From Pecten maximus (lineage: Eukaryota): DNA of 64,000 nucleotides. Positions within the stretch are counted from its first letter, which is position 1; each line of letters opens with the position of its first letter. A program made the position numbers and the translations under genes. The notes under the pieces were generated by a model. It worked only from the letters and a program-made list of their open reading frames with translations, was not told where the DNA came from and did no database searches. Below, piece after piece: positions 51,318 to 64,000 of this stretch. The stretch spans positions 49,724,001 through 49,788,000 of the forward strand of contig NC_047015.1 of NCBI RefSeq assembly GCF_902652985.1, read 5' to 3'.

Positions 51318-53651
51318 ATGTGCGCAGGACTGCTGGTGATAATGATTGTTTCCACGACAGCAACGTTAGCGAAAAGTCTTACTCTTCCCGTCGTTCAAAC
51401 ATCCCTAGGATCTATAAGGGGTGTTACAACAAGGGTTGATAATGAAAAAATATTAGAATTCAGAGGAATTCCGTTTGCACAGCCTCCAATCGGAAAATTC
51501 CGTTTCCGAAAACCTAAAGCACGTGGACCTTGGAATGGCACATTAGATGCCACCGGTTTTGGGCCGGCATGCATACAGAAGATTTCTGACTCTATATCGT
51601 TATTACCGAATATGGAAGTCTCTGAAGATTGTTTAACATTAAATATATATGTCCCTATGGAAATATCGTACAGTAAGAGGAAAAGTGTAATGGTGTGGAT
51701 TCACGGGGGAGGTTTTTATAGTAGTCAAGGTTCTTTGTACAACGGAACAAAACTTGCCTTATATGGAGACGTGATTGTGGTGACAATAAACTATCGTCTA
51801 GGAGTGTTAGGTTTCCTCAGTACAGGTAACGAGGACCTTCCCGGAAACCTAGGACTCTGGGATCAGCACCTTGCTCTACAGTGGATCAAAGACAACATAT
51901 CATCATTCGGGGGAAATCCTAACTCAATTACTTTATTCGGAACATCCTCGGGTGGAGCTAGTGTTTCTTTACACTCTCTCATCCCTCGTAACAAGAACTT
52001 GTTCCACAGGGTTATTGCCCAGTGTGGAATTGCGAATTCATACCTTGCCTTCGTGTATGAACCTTGTATTATGTAAATATGCTCGGCAAAATATTGGCCT
52101 GTGGGAATGGCACCGAAGTAGTTGACACAAAACTATTGGTGCATTGTATAAACAAAACCTCAGCAGACGACATCTTGGCAGCTCAAGAGGCTATGTCGTG
52201 GCATCGGAGGGACAGGGCACGCTATGAACTGATGTTTGGGGCAGTGGTGGATGACGATCTCTTTACACATCATCCCGAGGAATTACTAAATGACAAAACG
52301 TCTGCCTCATTCCAGCTTTTCCGATCTGTAGATTTTCTCGCAGGCGGGACAGACAAGGAGGGATCCATGTTCTACGACATTTTCTCTGGAATGTTGTCGG
52401 AAATGTTCAATATTAGCCCTGCGGGTGGCTTTCCAGCAGAAATTGTGTGTGAATTCTTGATCCCTGGTTTAGTAAAAGATTTGTTTCCAAATTGTTTGCA
52501 TAAACGGGTTCTAGAGCAAGCAATTTGTCATAAGTATCATGGAAATGATGACCGTTCGCGTGCAAGTAAAATGCTTGATTTATACGGGGATGTCTTGTTC
52601 ATCATTCCTGTTGTCAAATGGCTTGGTGCACACTCCAAGGAAAATTCAATGACGTCTAGCTACCAATACATATTTTCACGACATTATACTTCCAAGATGG
52701 ACTCAACATTACCTGAATGGTTCCATGGCACCCCTCACACGGCCGAAAAACCACTCCTGTTCCAAGGGATCCATGAACCCAACAACGTTTTGAATGGTAT
52801 AGAAGATTTAACACTATCTAAGAAGATTATAACATTTTGGACTAACTTCGCAAAATACGGGTGAGAATTTATTTCTGCAAGGTTTGTATATATCTTATGG
52901 TTCAAACATCAATGAATATTCTTCGGTATTCTTCATGTAAGACGAAAGTTGTCTGCCACACAGCTTTGGATATTTTTGAAATTTTACGTTGGACAGAAAT
53001 TTCATATCATTCAACGCAGATGTAGTTATATGACCAGATCTATTGATATGTCAAATTTGGTTTCGCTGTGTATTCGAAAAATTCGGTAGAAAGTACGTTC
53101 CCCATTTACGTAAATTTCGAGCCCCATTGCATCGCGATTGTGTAACCTTTGCACCTTTGAAGCCAGGAACGACAATTAAATATTGTAAATATGTCATAAT
53201 TTATTTTTGAGTTATCCACATATGAGTTCAAGGTTTATACAAAAGTATGTACATGTACACATAAATATATATAAATGACGATTATTTCGAGACGTTTCAA
53301 CAAATTAATTTGCTATGCGCCAGTTGATATTTTTAATAACACTTTTTGCTTGATGTAAAATCTTAAAACGAGAAATATATAATTGGTTTGGAAAATGTGA
53401 TATCATTCTACTGACCTTTTCTAAAATTCTTAAGAATTCTGTCGCACTTTAAAAATCATCCGTTATGTTTCAGAAACCCAAACGACGGAACATTTCCCGA
53501 CTGGCATACCTTCAACGACAGTGACAGACACTTTTATAACATAAGCTACAAGCCATCCTCTTCTACACATGTTTTCCGAGACAGAGTCTCGTTCTGGATG
53601 TTAGAGGTTCCCGAAATCATCATGGCGTCGTGTCATCACCAGGAGCTGTAA
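51318..53651 (+). CDS. Carboxylesterase paralogue G, ER-retained type (HQEL); one 1-nt frameshift at ~52064; coding exons 51318-52860 and 53474-53651
   Basis: Signal peptide; FGTSSG, GTDKEG, GTPHTAE. Adding one T at 52064-52065 restores YEPLYYVNMLG, matching HQPLIFTGSFG in H. Terminal exon ends ...IMASCHHQEL*. Confidence 0.8.
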
Positions 53652-53829
53652 GATGGTTGCTTGCTGTGAAATGTTGGAGATATAAATTTATACAACGTAT
53701 AACTATTGTTTAATTTCATCATTCAACATAAATTATAGATTAGTACTGTAGGTACAATTGTATCATGGTAGTTTAGTTTTGTGTGGTATATAGTAGATAC
53801 AGCATTTTTAGCAACAGGTGTAAGTTTTG

Positions 53830-54650
53830 GTAGATATAGACATACGGGGGCTACGGAAGTATCTATGGTTACTACAGACCGGTAGTGGCTATGGTTACTT
53901 CTGAATGGTAGTTGCTATGGTTACTAGATACAAATGATCGCTATGGTCACTAGAGATTAATAGTGGTTGTGGTTATTTAAATTGGTAGTAGCCTTGATTA
54001 CAACACACTGTGATCGCTATGGTTACTACAGATTTGTAGTTGCTATGGTTGCTATTGACAAATAATCGCTATGGTCACTAGAGATTAATAGTGGCTGTAG
54101 TTATTTAGACTGGTAATAGTCATGGTTACAATAGACAGTGATCGCTGTGGTTAGTACAGATTGGTAGTTGCTATGGTTACTATTGGCAAATTATCGCTAT
54201 GGTTACTACATATTGGTAGTGGCTGCGGTTACTTTAGACTGGTAGTAGCTATGGTGAATATAGACTATTATCACTATGGTTACTAAGGACTGGCGGTAGC
54301 TATAACTACTTTAGACTAGCAGTAGCTATAGTTTTGAAGTGTTTTAGCTACAGTAACTATGGACTAGTCGTAACTATGCACAGGTCTTGGAATACATGCG
54401 CAGTAACTATACACTGGTGGTAAAGTTGGTAGTTAAATGTACATCCATATGAAATATTTATGATAGATAAAGATGCGTGGTAACTATGTTTAACTATAGA
54501 CGATTGGTAGCTTTGGTAAATAGACGGGTTGTAAGGTTTTGGTAGTTATGGTAGTTCTAGACAGTGGTAGTTATAGTAACACTAAACAGATGGTAGCTAT
54601 GGTAACTATATATATGTGGTAATAACTAGAATATACAGGTGGTAACAACA
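53830..54650 (+). repeat. Degenerate minisatellite, ~26-bp unit (ctatggttactacagactggtagtgg)
   Basis: gctatggttact core recurs about every 26 bp and decays towards 54650. Confidence 0.8.
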
Positions 54651-54739
54651 GACATGCGATAGTTTATTGGCAGATGTTAGAAATAAGCAGGTGGCAAATA
54701 CACTGATAAACTGATACACAGACAGGACTCGCTGACATT

Positions 54740-54955
54740 CTGTAAACGTGCATATTTTAGAGGTAATATAATTTTAACGTTTTTTTCGTTGAAAGCCGTA
54801 CCTGCACTTAATTATTATTGCGCTGATTTTCTTATATTGTTTTATATGGGAACTATCATTACTGCACTAATTCATCATTGTTTTAATCTGTTTGGATTTC
54901 AATTATTTTGGGGATACGATAAAATTTGAGTACGCCAAAATTAATGTGTTTACAG
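54740..54955. mobile_element. Short Tc1/mariner-type MITE relic
   Basis: ctgtaaac...gtttacag(ta) termini. Related left ends occur in the A/B last introns (~20118, ~26939). Confidence 0.45.
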
Positions 54956-55881
54956 TATATATATACAGTAGTTATGAATAGGTGCTAGCTAAACACCAAG
55001 ACAATTTGACTTGGTATAATGTATAACATAAATGACAATGTCATAAGACTTTGTCATAGTTTTAATTTTGATCTTTAAACTTCGATACATTTGTAAAATG
55101 AAATGCACACGGTGTGTAAGAGAACGTTCCTCTGTTACTGTACTGTGGTATCTTAAAGGTCCTTAATCAGACACTTTACGGTCAATGTCGCACTTTCTGG
55201 TGAGAGATAAGAACCACGTTATATCAGGTAAATTTGGACGTTAAACACCAGCTAGGTAAGTAGGACATCATTCACTTTCCCGCTTTTAGATATACAACTG
55301 CTGCATTAACACAGATACTTGAAATGATATCTTATGAGTTACAAAACAACCGCGAAATCTAGTAAAAATATAACTACAAAAATAACTTTGATTCTGATTG
55401 TAAATGTCCTGGAACTGGAATCGGTTTTATAAGCGTTTCTTAACTTTAAAACTGACATAGGAATGCATTAATATCGGATTTAGGATGAAAGTTAGCGAGC
55501 TTTCCTTAAATTATGTTATGCTCTCCCGTGGAAAATGTTAAGGTAAGAAAGAAACCGGGACCTGGTGACACATTTTCCGTCAAGTTTCGATGACGCATTT
55601 ATACGTCACAAGAAATGTAGTGCTTTGAAGAAATTACAATGCTGCCAAGGGAGATAATTCTATGACACGTAGCCAATTGTATCTAGTTTGATAGTGTTTT
55701 GAATTTGAATAGTCTGGAATAGGAATAGTAAGTTAATGAGAATATCCAAGACCAAAACTCCTGATTTAGCAAGATGAAAACCGATGTGGATTAAGCACTA
55801 TTTATTTATCATATATTTATTTATTTATTTATCATTCGTTTACATATATGTATATCTTTATTTGTTTTCCAGCATTAATTA

Positions 55882-58264
55882 ATGATGCGACAAGGTGTGG
55901 TATATACAGTCTTGGTTTTTACGGTTCTGGTGGTTAAAATTACCGGACAAAACACGAAAGTCATCGCGACTGCCTCTGGACAACTGCAAGGGCTCGTGAC
56001 TTTAGCAAATGGCTCGACCGTTTACCAGTTCAGGAATATCCCATACGCAAAACCGCCTATAGGTGAACTTCAGTTCGCAAAGCCAGTCGAATATGGCTCT
56101 TGGACCGGCATCCGTAACGCAACGGCCTATGGTCCAGCATGTATTCAAGATGTCCCCAAGGGTAAAAACCAGAGCATTTCCGAAGATTGTTTGTCATTAA
56201 ATGTCTACGTTCCTGTGAGCACGGTTGGTAGAAGGACGGTTATGGTTTGGATACACGGTGGAGGGTACATCAAAGGGGACGCCGCCATGTTTGATGGATC
56301 ATATCTCGCTTTACGTGGTGACGTGGTGGTCGTTACAATAAATTATCGTTTGGGGGTCTTTGGCTTCCTCAGTACCAATAACACTGTTTTACCTGGCAAC
56401 AATGGCCTCTGGGATCAGCAGTTAGCACTGAAGTGGATAAAATCTAATATCAAAGCTTTCGGAGGCGATTCGGATTCCGTGACAATATTTGGTGAATCTG
56501 CCGGTGGGTTTAGTGTTGGAATTCAATCAATTATTCCCCAAAATAAAGGATTATTCCACAGAGCTATTGCTCAAAGTGGCGCAGCGCCCTCTTTCGTCAG
56601 CATTGTTCATCAGCCTTTGATATTCACTGGTTCGTTTGGGGAACGAATCGGGTGTCATTTCAATTATACAAACTCGCCGATGTTTTTAAAATGCTTGAAA
56701 ACCAAAACCGTTGAAGAACTCCTCAAAGCCCAAATAAACGCCTCGGCCCCTGTCTCAGTAGCGCCATTTACGTTTGGGCCTGTTATTTCTCCTGTTGTCG
56801 ACAGGGATCTGCTACCGGATGTTCCATCGGCCCTCCTGAAGAACAAATCATCGGAAGCATACAAATTCTTCCGGTCTCTAGACTTCATGGCGGGAAACGT
56901 TAACAAAGAAGGCTCAATTCTCATTAACAAATATCTTCGTAATTTCTCGCAGATTTTCCATTTCGACCCGGAAATGGGAGTCCCAAATTATGTTGTGTGT
57001 GACGTCTTGGCTCCTGCAGCTGTTAGCGCATTCTTCAAAAATATTGTTAAGAACAAAACGATTGAAAAAGAAATATGTGACAAATATAAAGACAATGATC
57101 TTGGGGAGGAAGGAAACAAAATGGGAGATCTATTTGGTGACGCTTTTTTCGTGGTCCCATCTGTAATAGCTCTCGATGTCCATTCTAATGGAAACAACGA
57201 AACCAATACATTCCAGTATATTTTCAACCGACGCAATCCTGCCATGAAGGGAAATGGTCCATATCCACAGTGGTTTGTGGGAACACCCCACGCGTCGGAT
57301 AACGTGTTTCTCTTTGGGATTCAGCAACTGGCACAGCGAATTCACGTCTCTGATGAAGATTTGGATCTATCTACGCATATGCAACAATCTTGGGCCAATT
57401 TTGCTAAAACTGGGTAAGATTCTGATTTTTTACGGGCCAAACCTAGCCTTGTGTCATATTACTCGTTACATCTGTAAATATCTGTACCACTAAACACTTG
57501 GTCTTGACACAAATACTCAACCCATTCATTAGTTTATTTATTATTTTTTCATTTTTTGTCAAGCGCCTGTCTTCGGCAGTATGCTTCAGTGAGGTAGCAC
57601 TATAAATCGGCAAAACTTCCGGCCTATCACAAGGAGACTTAACATAAACATACCGCAGCCTCTCAAAACACACATACGCACTCACCACACGCATGCATGT
57701 CGCACGCACGGGAGGCCGTCCTTAAATGACCTTAGCTGTTAATAGGACGTTAAACAAAATAAACCAAACTTTGAGAACTTCACTGTACACTATTTTTGTT
57801 TAGATTGAACAATATTTATTCATTACTCAAAATAGTCAATACATATACAAATATTTTTATGGGATGGGAAAACAAGCTTAGAGCTTATATTAATTCGTTT
57901 CCCATGTACATACACAAAGGCAAATATAAATATTCGGAACTGGAACACCTTACATCAATATGAAATGAAATAATAGTTAAATTTATATAATCATATTTTT
58001 GTTTTGCCTTTTTCTATCAACAAATCAGAGAGAAGTTACGTTGGCTAAATGGCGTTAATTAAATGCAACAAGATTACACCATTTCTGCTGTATAATTAGT
58101 AATCATGATTTTCAGAAAACCTTCTGCTGGTGGTTCTACGATTTGGCCGATATTATGACGGAATCAATCGAATGTACCTCAACTTGGATGACACAATATC
58201 TGTCAAGGAACACATCTTTGCTGATAGAGTTTCGTTTTGGACGGAGAAAGTGCCAATTTTCTGA
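55882..58264 (+). CDS. Carboxylesterase paralogue H; catalytic exon 55882-57413 intact, terminal exon from 58116 frameshifted
   Basis: Signal peptide; FGESAG, NVNKEG, GTPHASD. The spliced frame stops at 58156-58158 (WPIL*). The family motifs YLNLD...DRVSFW continue in the +1 frame to 58264. Confidence 0.8.
57560..57770 (+). mobile_element. 3' part of a tRNA-derived SINE (MetaSINE-like bivalve family)
   Basis: ttcagtgaggtagcactataaa core and ggaggccgtccttaaatgaccttagctgttaataggacgttaaacaaaataaaccaaac tail; related copy at 61180-61530. Confidence 0.65.
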
Positions 58265-59000
58265 AATGCTACATGAAACATACAATAAATAAGCTATACA
58301 TGCAATAATAATGAGTATTTCCACGCTTTCCTTGTCCTTATTTTAGAAGGGGTATGATGGCGTACAATGGAGCACCTATATTACAATTTGTCGCTTTGAT
58401 ACGATCTCAAAATACCATTCCGTGTCTATAAATAGTACGTATTGCAAAATATTGTTTGCATTTGACAGTTTGTTTTATTTACTTTTATCATTTTATGAGT
58501 TTTATGAATATGATGGAGACACAATTTGGTGTAGCCTACGTTATAAATACATATAAAAATTATGTAAATTTATACTGAATTATTAAAGTAGTATTATAAA
58601 AATGCCAATTAAACGTGTTGCTATTGTCCATTGTTAAAATACACGTTACTTTCAACAAACATATATATATAAATTACTATCATGTATTTGAAAAATACTT
58701 AATTTTAATTGTTGCTGTCATTTTATAAAGTAAAACAATTGTCAGTGATCTCACTTAAAATCTATCTAGTTTTGGAAAAAAAATGCCTTTGAAAAAACTT
58801 AAATGAGAATAAGACCAGGTGTTCCGGAAGAGGAAGGGTATTATGTTTCATCCACGACATCCGCCGTTCAGATCTCGTTAAGTCCATGAATACCACATCC
58901 TCTTAAATGATAATTAGGGCACTGACAACGGAACCACTAGTCATACACTACATCAACAAGCACCAATCACGTGTGAATTCGTATCGCACAACTTAGGACT

Positions 59001-59001
<1 letters not shown>

Positions 59002-59037
<36 letters not shown>

Positions 59038-59039
59038 AA
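59002..59039 (+). repeat. (GAAA)n microsatellite
   Basis: Read directly. Confidence 0.95.
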
Positions 59040-59221
59040 TGTAATATTGACTCGAAATCGACAAATTACGAACACAATACAGATTTGCATGGAAATCCTT
59101 GAAAATGTACATGGAGAAAAGACGAGACGTTCCGGGAGGGTAAACATCTTACAAATCTAGGTCAAAGCCGGGTTTTAGCACAAGAAAATCATACACACGT
59201 ACATTGATTTAAAAACCAGAT

Positions 59222-60645
59222 CATACTTGCCAACTTTCCCGATTTAGTCGGGAATTTCCCGATTCCAGACTCCCTGTCCCGTCTCCCGATCGTATAGATA
59301 AAACATAGTGTATTCTCCCGATTTTGGAGAATATGTCTTGATAACCCCGTATGGAGCCCCTATTCATCTTGTTAGATTCACTTAGGCCTATGACAGGTAA
59401 CGCTTGCTGGCTGGTGAAAGACATATGTGTGGGCCATTGGTCAGTTAACTGACCTGCTCACAGACCGTAACGAAATTCTGACACTTCACTGACTGCAAGG
59501 GTGACAATACCCCGATAAATAAACAATTAATTAAAACCAATTAAGCTGAGGACGCGTGGTGATGGTTTTGTAGCAGGTCAGTCATGGTTGATTAAACGCT
59601 TGTAAATGGCTTCGTATACTGCCTTTGATGTCAAGCGCATAAACGACCTCTACTCGACAGTATATCTCGGACAGAAAAAGTGAAAACAACACTGGCAATG
59701 TTATCAACGGAGTATCGAATGTGACAGATTACTTATTGAAATGTTAACTACATTTAAACATTGGCTGATCTTCAGATAATTAGCACAAGGAAATAAATTC
59801 ACAATAACGACCATATAGACCGAAGGCCTGGTTGCCGGTAGGTAACGTCGTTTCAATCACCGTATCATCAGCATACTTAGTGTCAATTAGCAGAGACTTA
59901 TTTTGGCAGAAACTTTCCCAATTCACATTTTGAACGACAAAAACATGTCCACAAATATTCACTTTCTTAAACTAAATACTGTCATGTTAAAACTTTGATT
60001 TTAAGTATCAGTCCCCACCTACAAAGCACTGAGTTGTAAGCCTATAGTGATTACAACTGCTGGTACAGCCCTTTTTATTTTTTTTGTATTATTGTCTTTG
60101 TTGTAATCCAAAGAAACATTTGAAATTTCATTCAGATATTATATTGTACTCTAGATATTTATCGTGACATTTTAGGTATTTTCTTTTGAAGTTTACTGCC
60201 AGAGAGAAAGCTTGATAGAAAGTGATATCATTGTGATAATTTGCATTTAATTGACTGACATCTATCTTACAACATACTTTTCATAACATATCTAAGTAAA
60301 TACTTTTATTTAGAGTGAACAGTGAGTTAAATAATTTCCAGAAATAATTAAAAATGATGTAATTTTGCAGCTATTTTTTGTAATTTGTTGCTTATATAAT
60401 TATCTTTCCAAACTTAAATAAAAAAGATCATTGGCCAAGTTTGAAATAAGTTTTTTTTTCACCCTTTTTTTCAGTGAGGGAAGGAAGCTTAAGTGATCAT
60501 GCAAGGAATTTATTTTCCAATAGCAAATTATCTCCCCCTTAGTTTTTGTTTGCTATCTGTGTCGCGCGTGAAATGTGTTTTCCGGTCAAAAATGTCGCTC
60601 ACGCACTTTCTCCCCCATGAGAATTTTAAAAAGTTGGCAAGTATG
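59222..60645. mobile_element. Non-autonomous hAT-like DNA transposon with 6-bp TSD CCAGAT
   Basis: TIR catacttgccaacttt (59222) / aaagttggcaagtatg (60645); ccagat at 59216-59221 and 60646-60651; subterminal tcccg motifs. Confidence 0.8.
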
Positions 60646-61179
60646 CCAGATCATGCCGCCGATCTAAAAAAAATGTCTCGTTATCTCCTTCAATCTACAA
60701 AATTCGAGACTCTGTGCTTTTTTTTGTCAGCAGTCGGCATCTGTCGCGTCACAGAATTCGTGATATTGGAAATAAATTCATCAATTGAATCGATTGTAAC
60801 TGTTCTATTTAAACACAGGAGTTGGGTGATCATAGATGTTACTATCATGCAATGGAAAATTAACATGAAATCATCACGCTTGTAATACAAATCTAGCTGT
60901 AAGATATTTTAAGCAAAGATGGAGGTGAGCGTCTGATTTTGAACATTATGCCAGTGCCATTGTTTTCTATATGGTATATATCCGATTGACGTGGTTCATA
61001 AAGTCGGACTGGGGTCATATATCGTACTGTCTAAGTAACCTTATCAACATTCTCTTTTCCAATACTGCTTGCAGGTTGAGAAAAAGTGATTCATAGGAGG
61101 CCACTAAATATTGTCTCCGTTGACATTGTTTTAATTTTGGTTTTTTGTTGAGCGTTCGTTCTGGAGAGGAAGGCTTTGT

Positions 61180-61530
61180 GTCCCTTTCCCTGGCCGAGAC
61201 ATATATCAGTGTCTATCAAAATTGTAGCATATTCTCCTGCACAACGCTTACGTAGTATTTTAGGGAGTATAATGTGACAAGATGGAGTCTCCTAACTATT
61301 GTTTCTTCTTCGGTAGCATGATTCAGTGAGCTAGAATAATATAAAGTTGGCATCATTTCTCTGCGTTTACACGAACGTTACCACATGTTTACCGCAGCCT
61401 CCCGAAACAAGCACACTCAACGCACACTTTAATTACCTATTTCGCACACAAGGGAGGCCATCCTCAACTGACTTTGGCTGTTGATAGTACGTTAAAAGAT
61501 ACAAAATACAAACTCAACCAAACCAAACCT
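61180..61530 (+). mobile_element. Diverged SINE copy (same family as 57560-57770)
   Basis: ggccgagacat..., ttcagtgagctag..tataaa, accgcagcctc, gggaggccatcct..gctgttgatagtacgttaaa and (aacca)n tail. Confidence 0.6.
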
Positions 61531-62283
61531 TTCTAGAATTCCAACATGACCGGATATACCAAATAACATTAAGTGGCATGGGGTTAAAATCCTGTGATTT
61601 TTTAAAAATGTCTTTCATTTTTCTGTTCTTTTCTTTTTGCTGCTGTTTTTATGCTATAGTACTGCCAATAAGTGAACTGATTATATTGTTTCCTTTTTGT
61701 ATTTTTTTTTTTTTTTTTTTTAATGTATTATGAGAGCTTTGTGTATATTTAATCGCGGTCTGTTTGCCAAATCAGTAATTGATAAGTAATTGATGATATA
61801 TTGATATAGATATTTTGCATAAAATAGCATGGCTATGAATAATCATCATGATACATTGTTTCCCAAATCTTGTATGAATATTATTTCATTATAGAGACAA
61901 CCTTTTGTGCATAACTAAAACTAAAATCTCTTCATTAATGCTGGAAAATAAGTGTATGCTCAAATATTAATCTATTTTGCACATTATCTCAGAATCAGAT
62001 AGAAAAATTGAGGCATTTCCCATTTTTTAACATAAGAAAGAAAGAAAAAGAAAACGAAGAAAGAATTAAATATTATTTTATTCAGAGCTCAGTTTTATAA
62101 CTTTAAGTAAATCGATCAGCTCATCAGTACAATACACACATTTATAAACATTGCAAACAGGCAGAACAATGAGATACCGTGAAAGAAAGGAGGGGGGGGG
62201 GGGGGGGGGGGGGCAAACCAAAACAACAACAACATAACTGATCACTTCTGTAGACCAAACTGAGTTAGTCTATATCCACACAA

Positions 62284-62356
62284 CTATTTCTTTTTAATGA
62301 CGACATGGCTGTCATCTTTTTTATCTCCTAATTCTTCTATATCGGCTAATGAGATT
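62284..62356 (-). CDS. Possible terminal coding exon of a minus-strand gene lying beyond the window
   Basis: tttttag acceptor followed by ISLADIEELGDKKDDSHVVIKKK*; AATAAA on the minus strand near 62080. No family recognised. Confidence 0.2.
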
Positions 62357-64000
62357 CTAAAAATGTATGGAAATACCGCAGACTTTTTTCTGCGTATCAT
62401 AATAGCACGAAAACATTCAGTATAAAAATATCCCAATTTAAAAATAGGATGGCATTTTATTTTAACTTTTTTTTTCTTATTTATTGTTGATATCATAGGA
62501 CAAGCATTCAAGGAGTTGGTTGTGTGATGTACACTTTTAAGTTTAATCAGGGACATATATAGACCAAATCTATATGTACATCCCTGAGTTGTGTAGATAA
62601 TATAATTTTAACAATATACGCGCACCTTCACGTGAGTTTCTCAGAATTAATTTACTTAAATTTCATATGTTTCCGATTAAAATAATTGAAAATTTCTACG
62701 TTCTATTGTGATTCAAAGATGAGAAATATAGAAGGTTTTGAAATGTGATAATTAAAAGCATGACTTACCATCAAAGAACGATAACTCTCTATGGCAATAC
62801 AAAGGAAGGTTTTGATTGGTTGATCGCGGAAAGTGTGCGAGTTTCAAACAAATTGCAGGTGCTCGAATGAAGACTTCCGGTTAGCAAGAATCATAATATA
62901 TACCATTATATTATGTCAATAAGAAGATTGTGCCTGTAACATTCATGCCAGGCTCCTTCCCGTTGTACACTTAACGCTTCGCTATCCAAACAAGGACGGA
63001 ATCTCCATGCAAGGTTTGTTTAGAGCCGGTAAACAGGTGTACTGGCCCGGGTGTAAGGCTTAGGGTTTTGAATATAGGCCTATATGGTTTCAAAGATTTT
63101 GCCGTGTTTCGCATATCTCCTCAATGCGAGATAGAAATTAAGTTTCTTCTATTAACGCCTTTTCTGTATTGATTTAATGTTATAAGCATTGTACTTGTTT
63201 ATTTTCATTGTTGTGAACTCAAATATTGACATAATCAAACGGACGATTAGGCCTATTTGGTTCGTAAAAAGTGGGCGGGAAATCTGTGTTGACAATCTTC
63301 CTTCAGGCTGTTTTCCATTGCAATAATTTCCTATCAGACGCTTCATCTTCCATGCGTGTTACGGATTTATGGCATATATTATCTGGTTAATTGATTCTTT
63401 CATCCTAGAGACAATTACGCGACTTTACGAGAATCAATCCTATGTTTCACAAATTATACAAGAAAGGCCTACTGTAGTCTATACAGGATTCTAATTAAAA
63501 TTAAATCAAATATTTGATGTAGTCATTACAGGAAGCTAATTTATTCATTAACTGAAATCACTAATTAACAATTTCTTTTTCAACGAGACTGTATTAAGAC
63601 AGTATGTCTACTATTATATTTTTCATTTGTACAAACTATAATGATTGGCATGATATTATATTAACAAAAACATAATAAATTTTGTATTAGTTATATATAT
63701 ATATATAATTACTATGTTAAAATTGGTAGTGCAGGGTCCCATATTACTTATTAGTAGTGGAGTGTACACTTCACTTCCTGAGCGAGGAAAGGTCATTATA
63801 TATACATTGCAAGTGTATTTTTATCAATTTATAGTTTGAGTCCTAAAATTTTGACAGGATTATATTTTTCACCAATCGATCACCACCCTTTCTTTTCACA
63901 GATTTGTTGCTGTTGACTACCCCAACTGTGTATGAGCTAATGATATAACTTTTAACTTTAAATTTACTTGTTGATTTTTGGCACAAGACTTCATATAATT

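Noticed and set aside
19591-58264. Calling the esterases acetylcholinesterase or neuroligin
   Set aside because: They lack the choline-binding Trp in the first disulfide loop, so they are not AChE/BChE. They keep the catalytic Ser and have no cytoplasmic tail, so they are not neuroligins.
58810-59165. Short gaccaggtgttccggaagag-type fragments (also ~2735-2760) resembling Penelope-associated repeats
   Set aside because: Too short and degenerate to assign; no ribozyme core or RT sequence visible.

Overview
AT-rich eukaryotic genomic DNA with spliceosomal introns. The repeat families suggest a bivalve mollusc (inference). The window has two gene regions separated by a 500-N gap (18968-19467). 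(1) 1-18.2 kb holds the last five exons of an IFI44/IFI44L-like P-loop GTPase gene (+). Upstream of it lies a nest of DNA-transposon relics: a foldback element with 63-bp-repeat arms, an IS3EU-type element with a GATATC target-site duplication (TSD), a Helentron-type element and MITEs. Two of its introns carry ~2.3-2.5 kb minisatellites. (2) 19.6-58.3 kb is a tandem cluster of eight type-B carboxylesterase (COesterase, alpha/beta hydrolase) loci, labelled A-H here. A, B and F are intact. G and H have frameshifts that could be sequencing errors. C, D and E look like pseudogenes. The full-length loci share a ~1.5 kb catalytic exon, a phase-2 intron at WxNFAKxG and a small terminal exon. The main observation is that this terminal exon appears to carry a different targeting signal in different paralogues: a C-terminal hydrophobic-hydrophobic-Gly(-Lys) end that could be amidated (A, B, D, F), a GPI-type tail (C, E, possibly decayed in H) and the ER-retention signal HQEL (G). 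The cluster also records its own expansion: an 82-bp templated insertion of esterase coding DNA appears to have seeded a 7.4-kb unequal-crossover duplication. All calls were made by eye; no searches were run.
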